DNA of 63,923 nucleotides, counting the filler, from Reclinomonas americana ATCC 50394 (lineage: Eukaryota), in the NCBI GenBank assembly GCA_048213135.1. It is 16 parts of 16 records of this genome, joined end to end, with 100 filler letters (N's around TTAATTAATTAA, not from the genome) between each part and the next. Parts side by side here need not be neighbours in the genome. Positions count along the whole stretch, not along the records: positions 23,827 to 30,223 come from AFZH01020625.1; positions 30,324 to 37,946 come from AFZH01020626.1; 14 more parts are not named here. The stretch is one strand, 5' to 3'. A program made the translations under genes and the position numbers. Below are positions 24,955-35,400 of this stretch, piece by piece. The notes below the pieces were generated by a model. The model did no database searches. It was not told the origin of the DNA and saw only the letters and a list, made by a program, of their open reading frames with translations. How positions within the stretch are numbered: the first letter of the stretch is position 1; each line of letters opens with the position of its first letter.

Positions 24955-25709
24955 TACACATCGCAGTTGTGTGTCTTGCTTTTTGCGAGGAATTCGGAGC
25001 ATTTTCTCAAGAGTGGGAGGGACTTCGTGATGCACAGCGCTACACACCCACGCACCCACCTACCTTGGCGACGTCTGCAAATCTCGTCGGTTGGTCCCGA
25101 CAATTAATTATGATTTCGAAGTCTCGCGAAACTGCATCTGACCGGTGAACCGGCACGGTGTCGCTACGAGCCGACATGAAATCTCGCTCAACCACCGCGC
25201 CGACGAGCGCTGTTGCAAAATCATCGTACATGAGGTTTCCAAGTCACTACAAACCATCGCAACGATTCATTCCAGTTACATCTAAGGTGGTGCAGCGGCA
25301 GTTGGCGCGCAGGGTTCTGTCGCTTCCCGAAAGGCCTTGGACGGAGGTCGGCCGGCTTGCAAGCGCTGCCGTCCGCGTGCAAACTGTCGCTCATTGCTGC
25401 TATCGTCCCACGTGCGCCACCATCTGTGTCGCACTGACGTCGCACTCGTGAGGTGCTGCTGGCGAAGGAGGGGAACACTCACAGCAGAGGACACACCAGC
25501 GGCGATCTACAAGCGAGTAATCAACACCAGAGCGGTCTCGAAAGCATCACGCAGGGGTCGTCACACAAGCAATCGGGGAAACCCGACGCCCTGTCGTCAC
25601 CGGTGTGCGCGTCGACACCTTCTGGAGCTGCGGGTCGCGGAGTCTCCACGCCTGTGATGACACGCCGAGCGTGTGCCGCAGATGACAAATGGAAATGCCA
25701 CGCACACAC

Positions 25710-25743
<34 letters not shown>

Positions 25744-26043
25744 ACACACACACACACAAACACGCACACGCAAGCTGTCTTTCGCTCTCACAGAACTTGG
25801 CAGAGACAGATACTCGCGCCACGCAAGATTGTTCTCACGCACCTCCAGAACTGTCGAGTGAGCGAGGAACTTGTGCTCTGAGCAGAGTCGCACCGGCACC
25901 AGTCAACGCTAGTTCTTTTTCACTCGTTGACCCAGTGACTTCGCAGCGCGATGAGGCAAACGCGCTATTGCTCATTCAGCATGCCAACCTCCTGAAGGTT
26001 ATCAGTGGCCTCGCGGACCTCCTTCTCTTGCATCTTGCTCATT
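24955..26043 (-). CDS. Hypothetical multi-exon protein
   Basis: Putative exons MSKMQEKEVREATDNLQEV|EHKFLAHSTVLE|AWRLRDPQLQK|IAA|AAMSDSLHADG...|ALVGAVVERDFMS, separated by short introns (the first needs a GC donor). No recognisable family; boundaries uncertain. Confidence 0.3.
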
Positions 26044-26306
26044 GCTCTTGTGTGTGATTGTGTGTGCTGTGTGCGCTGTGTGCACTGTGTGCGTGACTCG
26101 CGCAGAGCGCCTGCAAGGTGCAAGGGGTCATCTGGGGGTCTGACTCTCGCCCACTTTGAGCTTTTGCGGTCATCGCATCTGCAGCGACCCTGCTGTGTGA
26201 GCATATTCGTTGCGTATTGATTGTCTTTCACCCTATCTCTCGGAGAGCAAACACACTCACCAACATCAAAACGCATACACAACACAGCATTATTTGACTC
26301 AGTCCA

Positions 26307-26840
26307 ATGTCGATGATGACCGATGACGGCGCCATCGCGGTAGTGGGAGGGCTCCGCTGCTCTGAACTCGGCGGTGACACGTGGCAGCCCCGCTTCTTGT
26401 TAACCACATGTTGGCTCTAGTCTCGTGTCGTCTCGCACCGTTTTGTTAATGTTGGATGACCAGGGAACGGTTCGTTTGCTCGCCGAATGCGGCCTGTTGC
26501 GCTGACGCAGCACTGTGCGCATGGTTGTCTCACTCTGTCACGCATCAGGACGCGTACCAGTCAGCATTCGGTGTGTCATCGAGTGTATGGGTTTCGCAGT
26601 GTTCAGCCATTCGACACTTGGTGCAGTGTGTCGTGTGCGGATCCCGATGGCGGTATACAGCTGGCGCACTTGCCGTGGGAGTTCTTGTTTCCGGCTGTGC
26701 ACGGGAATGGTGACGGTGTTGCACGAGTGGATCAACAGCCGATGGAGGACGCAGCTCGATTGCGCTCGGTCACGCCAGTGCGTGGCGATGGTGACGGTGG
26801 TGCATCGATGGAGGAGTCTCCTGACGACTGGCATGACTGA
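26307..26840 (+). CDS. Small hypothetical protein (four exons)
   Basis: MSMMTDDGAIAVVGG...FLLTT|WNG|RVPVSIR|VSCADPDGGIQLAHLPWEFLFPAV...DDWHD* with frame-consistent GT-AG introns. Confidence 0.4.
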
Positions 26841-27379
26841 GTGCGAGGAGAGCAGCAGTGTAGCAATAGTGTAGCAGATATTGTTGTAGAGCGTGCAGCA
26901 ACAGATTGATGAGTGAACACAGTATTCTGTGGTATTTGTATGCAGTGCACTGCGAGGCGTGGGTGCGGGGGCGGGTGCAGGGTACCGCGCGCGGGCGCGC
27001 AGCTGGGCTTGGTATCAGAGCCGGTGAGACGTCTGCTACAGTTCTTGCCTCCACCGCAGAATCGTCTCGTAGATAATTCACACACTCTAACGACATTGCA
27101 CAGGAAACGAGCAGGAATCGCCGGAGCGAGGAGCCAAAAATGGACACCTCGGGGAATGGATTCTCAGGGTTATCGCCTCACTTAGAGTTCCGAGCCATCG
27201 TCGCGACCGTCGATACGATGGTAAGTTGAAATTTGCGTTCTTACACTCGAATAGGCAGGCAAACGCCGGCGAATAATTGGCCAACGTCAGCATCGGCTCG
27301 TCAAATTACCGTAACGAAGATGTGAGCCTGGGTGTGTACGCGCGCGGGTCGATCTCGTTGACGCTTGGGCTCTGAAAGC

Positions 27380-28070
27380 GAGGTAGAAGTGCGCTGTTTC
27401 TGTAGGATGTTGTGCCACCCTTTGCAAGCGCGTTTCTTCCTTGCTGAGGCGAGTTTGTGCAAGTACTAGTGGGCGTGACTTCGCGGTTCACTGCGCGTCC
27501 AGGTCGCGATCGACGAAACTGGAGCTCTGAAGGCAAGCGACGGGTGCGTTGTTCGTGTAGGTAGTGGTGCCACACACTGCAGTCGCGTTTCCACCTTTCC
27601 GAGGCGAATTCGGATCATTTTTCGAATTCGCGAGTGGGAGTGACTTCGCGGTTCACACAGGGTCGAGATCGTCGAATGCGGGGCTCTGAAGGCGAGCGAT
27701 GGATGCGTTGATTCTATAGGCGATGGTTCTGTACATTGCAGTTGCGTGTCTCACTGCTGGAGGCGAATACAGAGCAAGTGGGAGTGACTTCGAGGTTCAC
27801 AGCGAGCTAAGCTCGTAAAATGCGGGGCTTCATATGCGAGTTATAGGTGCGCTGTTCCTGTAGGATGTTGTGTCACCCAGTGTTGCAAGTGCGTGTCTCC
27901 CTCTCTGAGAGCATTTTTCGCGAGTGGGAGTGACTTCGAGGCTCACAGAGGGTCGAGATCGTCGAATGCGGCGCTTCATATGCGAGTTATAGGTGCGTTG
28001 TTTCTGTAGGTTGTGGCGCCTCACACTGCAGTTGCGTGTCTCCCTGTTGGAGGCGAATTAGGTGCAAATA
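27380..28070. repeat. Degenerate ~145-165-bp tandem satellite (4-5 units), intergenic
   Basis: Anchor AGTGGGAGTGACTTCGMGGYTCAC at 27468 (one mismatch), 27633, 27777 and 27923, with shared downstream blocks (GGTCGAGATCGTCGAATGCGG, CACTGCAGTTGCGTGTCTC, GAGGCGAAT). Confidence 0.8.
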
Positions 28071-28261
28071 CCGACCTCACGACGTCGCAGTTGTCTCCTT
28101 CACTTCCGATCACAATTCCAAGCCGCAGACACGGTGAAGCTCAGTAGCTCTGCTCGACATGCTGCATCCTCTCTCACTGTCAGCGCCTCACTGCTGTTCA
28201 AAAACGTCGCAGGACAATTCTCGTTTCCGCATCTCACTCTCTTCCAAGCAGTGAGCACACG

Positions 28262-30176
28262 ATGTCAGGAGGAGGTAGTGGAGGAGGAGGAGGAGGAGGA
28301 GGCACAGGAGCTCGCGCGCGCTGCTCCTTCCGCCTGCACCAATTCGCGCACGAATATGCGCAAGTGTGGCGTCGCGTGCCACCACTGATTGTCGCCTGCG
28401 CGGCCTCGCTGGCCACGGTCTACATAACGCTTTGTGTAGGGGAGAGAGCGCGGGCGAGGGCGGTGTTGGTGCAGCGGTTGAGATGGTGAGAGGGGGCGAA
28501 GAGAGTGAGAGAGAGAATGAGAGGTTATTCTGAGCGGACACGCGTGCTTGAGAGAGTGGAGAGAGAAGGGAAGAGAGAGAGAGAGAGAGAGAGAGAGAAG
28601 GAGGAGGCAAGGAGAAGGAGGAGAGAGAGAAGGAAGGGGAAGGGAAAGGAGAGAGAAAGAGAGAGTCCGTGTTCGGATTTGTCAGTCTTTCTCTCTCTCT
28701 TCTCTCTCTTCTCTCTCTTCTCCAACCCTCTCCTCTACTCCTCTCTCTTCTCCGTCTCTGCCATTCTCCTCTCTCTCGTCTCGAGATTACACTGTGTTCT
28801 GCCCTTCTCTGACTTGTCTCTCCTCTTCTCCTCTTCTCCTCTTCTCCTCTCCTCTCTCTCATCTCTCTCTCTTCTTTCTTTTCTCTCTCTTCTCTGCCTA
28901 TCTCCATCCCTCTCCTCCCTCCTCTGCCTCCTCTAGCTCCTCTCTCTCTTCTCTCTATTCCTTTTATCTCTTCTCTCTCTTCTGTGCCTATTTCCAACCC
29001 TCTCCTCTTCTCCTCTTCTCTCTCTTCTGTCTCCTCTGTCCCCTCTGTCCCCTCTGTCTCCTCTGTCTCCTCTCTCTTCTCTCTCCTCTCGACATACACT
29101 GTGTGTTCTACCATTCGCCGACTTGTCTCTCCGCCTCCTGTTTACTCTGACTCTTTAGCATTGACTGTTTCTGCCTCCTCTCTCTCTCTCTCAATCCTCT
29201 TCTCTGCCAGTCTCTTCTCTCTTCTCTCCCCTCTCTCTTCTAAGTTCTCCACTCCGTCTCCCACTTGTCACTTCACCTCCTCCTGCTCTCTCCGACTCCT
29301 CATCAATTGAATGTTTCCGGCCTCTCTCCCTCCGCAGGTGCATCTCACTGACCATTCTGCTCCTCCTATGCCTGGTCGACTTGTCTTCACTGCTCGTCGA
29401 TGTGCTTCTCCGCGGTCGGCGATCCGCGGCCAACGTCGGTGGTGGCGGAGCACAAGGAGGCGATCACCGACTGCTGCGTGGCGATGCGGAGGATGCCGCG
29501 CATGGTACGAGTGTCTCTTGCCCCTCTGCATATCAGTCGGTGTCAGTCTCCCTCTCAGTGGGATTGAGGTAGAAGAGAGACAGAGTGACCGACAGAGAGA
29601 CTGACAGAGAGACTGACAGAGAGACTGACAGAGAGAGAGAGAGACTGGAGTGATTGTGAGAGAGGGACTGGAGAGATTGTGAGAGGGACACTGAGAGGGA
29701 CACTGAGAGAAAGAGAGACAGACAAGACTATTAGAGACTTCGCGAAACTGATTAAGAGGAGAGAAGGAGAGAGAATGAGAAAGACTGGGATAGAGACTCA
29801 GTCTCTTCGAGTCTTGTCTGTTTCTCTCACAGCCTCTCTCCCAGTCTATCTCAGTCTCTATCTCAGTCTCTCTCTGTCAGTCTCTCTGTGTTTCTCACAG
29901 TCTTTCTCTCTCAGTCTCTCTCTGTCGCTCTCTCCCAGTCTCTCTCAGTTTCTCTCGCTCTCTACCACAGTTTCAGTCAGTCTCTGTCAGGTGCTCAGTC
30001 TTTCTCAGTCTTTCTCAGTTTTTCTCGCTCTCTTAGTGTCACTCTGTCACTGTCAGGTGCTCAGTCTTTCTCAGTTTTTCTCGCTCTCTTAGTGTCACTC
30101 TGTCACTGTCAGTCACTCAGTCTCTCTCGATATCGCTCATTTGCTCTCTCAATCTCTCTCAGTCAGTCGCTCTCTC

Positions 30177-30223
<47 letters not shown>

Positions 30224-32229
30224 NNNNNNNNNNNNNNNNNNNNNNNNNNNNNNNNNNNNNNNNNNNNTTAATTAATTAANNNNNNNNNNNNNNNNNNNNN
30301 NNNNNNNNNNNNNNNNNNNNNNNGCCAGCGCAGCCACCACCACATCATCATCACCAGCATGTGCAGCAACAGGCAGGGCCTGCGGGTGTTGGTGCGGCGG
30401 CGGCGGCGGCGGCTCCCGGTGGTGTGCAGTTCCTTGCGGGGCACGACGATGTGCAGCGGTTTGTGGTGATGCAGCAGTTGTTGAGGTTGCTGGCGGAGGG
30501 GCAGCAACAGCAGCAGCAGCAGCAGCAGCAAATGGTGAGTGGGGTTGGTGTGAGGAGATGGCGTAGGCGATGTGCCGCTGAGTGTTCATCGTCTTTTCTG
30601 TGTTGTCTCTCGCTCTCTGTGCGAGTGTGCGTGTGCGTGAGAGAGGGAGAGTATCGCTTTCATGCACTGCCGCAAACGTGGTTATTTCTGGTTGACAGTG
30701 TCTCATTGGATATCTCTCGTCCACTATTCTTTCTTGTGCACCCCACTCGCGATGTGTTGCTCTCTCTCTCAAATACTCAGAAACGATCTCTTTCGGGCAC
30801 TTTCATTCTCGTTGCTGTGTTTTTTCTTTGTTTGTCTCTCCCCTCTCTCTTTATTGTTTCTCTTCTCCTCTCTGATTGCTCCCGTCTCGTGCTATTCAAA
30901 GGCTCTCCTTCTGTCTCTGTCGGACGATCCCCGTGCTGCGTCGCTGTGATGCTCTGATGCAGTGACCTGTTCCGCCGTTTCTTCGTTCCTCTGTTGCTCC
31001 AATTTTTTCGGGCATTCTGATTCTTTTGTTGGGCTTCTTTCACTGGGATGCAGTGACCTTCCACCATTTCTTCGTTCCTCTGCTGCGCACATTTTATCGG
31101 GTACTTTGATTCTTTTGTTGGGCTTCTTTCACTGGGATGCAGTGACCTGTTCCACCATTTCTTCGTTCATCTGCTGCTCACATTTTATCGGGTACTTTGA
31201 CTCTTTGCTGGCCTTCTTTCGCTGGGATGCAGTGACCTGTTCCACCATTTCTTCGTTCCTCTGCTGCGCTGTCATGAACACCCAGAAGCGATTTCCGTGT
31301 ACTGATCACTTTTCCTTCTTTCTCTCTGCGTCTCTCAGATTTTCTTTCTCTCTCTATGTTTCTCTCAGACTTTCTTTCTTTCTGAGTCTCTCTTTCTCTC
31401 TGTCTCTCTCTGTCCCTCTCAGTCTATCTTTTCCTCACTCTGTTTCTCCCAGACTTTCTTTTTTTCTTCTCTCTTTCTCTCTCTCTCTCTCTCTTACTCT
31501 TTGTGTTCCTTCATAGTTCGCGCGCACTCTGGCAGTCACGAATTGTTCCTGTGTTCTTTTGCCCTCTCTCTTTCTTTCTTGCTTCATTGCTCTCTCACTG
31601 TCGCTCTCCCCCGGTCTCTTTCTGTTCCTCGCTCGTGTCGCTCTCCCCCGTACTCTGTCTGTTCTTCGTTCGTGTCACTCTTCTCCCCGGTCATTTCATT
31701 TAATCTCAGCTTCCTTCCCCTTGTTCTCTTCTCTCACAGGGCCGCCACGCACACGACCCACTGGCCCTCGGCGGCCTGCTCGCGGCACTTCACCAACAGC
31801 AACAGCAGCAAGCACCCGGCATGTTCATCGCCAGACCGCACGCCCGCTCGCCGCTGCCGCGCCACTTGTTGCGACAGTTGCCGGTGTTCGAGTGTCATGC
31901 AGCGAATTTGCCTGCCGATCATCAGTCGTGCGAGATTTGTTTGGGGCCGTATGAGGAGGGCGAGATGTTGAGGACGTTGCCGTGCATGTTGCGTGGGGTG
32001 GTGGTGGGAATGGGCAAGGGAGTGATGGGTGCTTTGGGGCTTATGATTGTGGAGCAGGCATTTTTATCATCAAGAGTGCGTCGATGAATGGTTGACGACG
32101 CGCGATCGGTCGTGTCCGCTGTGTAAGGTGCGGGGGGAAGGGTGTGTGTGTGTGTGTGGGAGTGTGTGGAAGGGGGACTCATGGGTGGGGGTGGTGTAGG
32201 ATAAAATCACACTGGAGCCCAGTGAGTGA
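28262..32229 (+). CDS. Membrane-associated RING-H2 E3 ubiquitin ligase, multi-exon across gap
   Basis: Two N-terminal hydrophobic segments, a Q-rich linker, then spliced CEICLGPYEEGEMLRTLPCMHFYHQECVDEWLTTRDRSCPLCK. The 3' end is approximate. Confidence 0.8.
30950..31270. repeat. ~90-bp tandem repeat x4 in a RING gene intron
   Basis: GATGCAGTGACCT recurs at 30956, 31047, 31136 and 31226. Confidence 0.85.
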
Positions 32230-32403
32230 GTGAGGGAGGAATCAATGTATATTTTCATGAAAATAGATGTCGGTCAATACAGTTATGAACAGCGATGGCT
32301 TGTAACTGAGTTCACAGATAAATGCGACTAATATACAAAGTATAGAATTTCTTCGCAAATAAAGTAGTGCGGATCTCTGCTGAGGTCGCCACCAGCCTGC
32401 TCA

Positions 32404-35400
32404 CTACGACGGCCCAGCAGAAGGCGCACTTACTGCGGCTAGCGTTCCCGCAGTCTCACAAAGCCGCCTCAACTCGTCGTGCACGTACGATGCCGACACA
32501 CGTGTCGCTTGTGGCCTCTGAGTCACACGAATGGTGAGTGTGCTGATCACCATTTCCAATTGCTAGACCAGCCGCACGCAACCCAGCACTGTCGAATGAG
32601 ACTGCGAATGTCTTCCGGCACTGTTGCCCTTACAGCTTCGTCGTCAAGATTGCCAGGTGGGATGCCATCGTGCATGTGGCGCATGATTGCGGCCAGCGCC
32701 ACCCCGGTGAACGGTTCCCGACGAGTGGCGATGAACCAAAGCAGCGAACCGAGTCCGTACACATCTGCTCGTTCATCGTACTGCATATTGCGGAAGAAGG
32801 GTGAGAAATCCAGAGCCACTCTTACTTGTTCCACATTTGTGTGACAGTCGTGAGCGCACCTCTTGATCCAACATGGCCTCGGGTGCAGCGTACGCCGCCG
32901 TGCCGTGATTCGACTGCATCTTCCCGAGAGTGCCGTGAATCCTGGCCTCCCCAAAGTCGCACACCTTGGCCACAAGTCGGTCCTCGCTAATGAGAATGTC
33001 TGTGGGCATGCAGAAGGTAGCAGAGTCAGCAGTGAGAAAGAATTGCACAGCGACAGACCTGGAAGATGTCTCCACTGCTCTCTCTCTCTCTCACACCTAA
33101 TTGGCTCACATTCTCTCTCATTCTCGCTTTCTCGAATCAAGATATTATAATCCTCATTTCTTGCAGTCTCAGTTTCACCCATCATTCAACCCATGACGCA
33201 ACTCTGCGGCTTGAGATCTCGATGCACCACTCTACGTGAGTGCATGTGCACCACTGCCGATGCCACTTGTTCGAGCAGACAAAGCAGGCCTAGAGTTGCC
33301 ATATGCTCATCCTTCACCAGGTCGTGCAGCGTCTCGGCAATGCCATCCTCGTCTTCATGACCAACGTATGCAAGAACAAGACCGAGACCACTTGGGTCGT
33401 CTTCGCACACAGCCATCAGTTTCACAATGTGTGGGTGACTGTGTGCGGATGCACGTGAGCGGTGGCAGTCAGTATTCAAGCGCAGTAATCATGAATGTAC
33501 GCAACTCCAGTTGCATCAACAGAGAGTGCTCGTTCTCGAAACTCTCGTGAATGCGTTTCCAGTCCGCCGATTGTGCATCTCGAGCTTGCGGCCTGACCAG
33601 GTATCGCTTGTATGCCACAATTTGCGATACCCCACCAACATGGAGCGTGGCACGGGAAACAGCATTTTGACCTGCAAATGAATGTAGATGCAATGAGCTT
33701 GAAATTGATGGTGAGCATAGTCCTCAAGAAAAAGAGCAGAGATCACACCGATGGCAATTTGCCTCGCAGGCGACAGGACAGAGAAAGACACTGTAGGTGC
33801 GCGCATGGCGAGTCTGGCTGCTCTGGCTGTCACCAACTGGGCCGTCACATCGATGTGACATACATCTATGCCAAAGGAGAATGATATGAGAAAATGTACG
33901 CGTCAATTGGCACGTGAAGACGCAACTGTCGTATGCTTGAAAAAGACGACAGATGCTCTCGTGTCCGTCGGGGAACAGCGTGTGCAGTGAGTCGCGGACT
34001 AGCCGCATGACGCTCACATACTCTGCGTCTTCGAGGGCAGAGAGACGGGCCAAGTGAGAGACGCGGTGACGCACATGTCGCAGGTTCTCCACTGCTTGAA
34101 TCTGCAAAAAGCACAGAGAAAAATATGATCCCCATAGATGATGATGATGCAACAGCAGAGCATACCTTGGTGGAGTCGGCGAGGAGTTGCACCGCGAGTC
34201 GGTCCCTGTTTGCGGCTGGATCCATACGGACGAGGCTCTCCAGCAGGTCCACATCACGACATTCAGCGGCAGGAACGAATGTTGTGTACAGCAGCAGAGT
34301 GCTCAGCAGTGACACGTCCATGCCGGTTGTTTCTCCACTTCGCTTGAACTCGCGGATTGCCTCGTAGTTGGAGGGGAAAAGCTCGACGGAGCGCATGCGA
34401 ATGTTGCCACGCTTGTCCAGAGTCATTCGGCAGTATCTGTGGGGCAACAATGAGAACAAAGGACACAACCAAGCACAGAGAGAATAAGATCCAGTACCTC
34501 GGTGGTGGAGCTGGGAAGCACAGCTGCTCAATGTCAAATTCGCCAGGGAAAAACTCAACGACGAGTTGTTGCAGGAGGGAGCCAAGTGCCAGTGGAATGA
34601 TTTCGTGAACGACTTCGGTGAGCATGAGGATAGGGCGGCGGTCGCTGGGTGTTTGACAACGAGTGAGTAGGATCACAAGACACCACACGCAACAAAATGG
34701 GGGTGGACAAACCTGAGAAAGTCCATGTGGAAGAGGGCGCGCAGCTGGCCTTCCACCTCGTCGACTCTATGTTGCAACTGGACGCGGTCTGCGATAGCCG
34801 CATGAAGTTGACCCGCATAAAGGGAATTCTTCTCCCGCTCTGTGGCAAGAGTGTGTTCCAACTGGTCAATGAGCTGACGAAGCTGGACCACAGTGCTTTC
34901 GTTCTCTCGGCGCTTCCGATCCCACTCTTGCTGTTGCCACTCTCGCTCTTGATTTGCTGCGTCGAGCTCGCGTTGGAGTTGAGCGACAATGGCCGCATGC
35001 GCAGCATCCGACTGCATTTCCGGCGAGCGATCAGCGACGGTGAAAGAACATGGATCTGAGGAATACCAAAAGGCGAATTAACTCACCTGATACACTGTGC
35101 CAGCTGGGACAGCAAGCGCGTCGAACAGGTCAGTCAAGGTTCAAGCCAACAATGTACAATACTGGATTGAAGATGTCGAATACAGATCTAACGTACCTGC
35201 AGAAAAAGACACCGGGAGCGGCATCTGATCTTGCTGCGACTGAAGAAGTGGCGCCTGTACAGCGATGTGGTCAAGCAACTCGGCTACTTGCTGCTTGCCG
35301 TTGCCGCGGGCTAAATGAGCTGCGGTCCTCCCAGCCTTGTCGACAAGGGGTATGAAATCGGGATAGCGAGTGGCAAGGAGTCGCACAATGGCTTCATGGC

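Noticed and set aside
27468..27946. Regularly spaced 24-nt motif resembling a CRISPR array
   Set aside because: The intervening segments are over 120 nt and homologous to each other, there are no cas genes, and the context is eukaryotic. Treated as a satellite.
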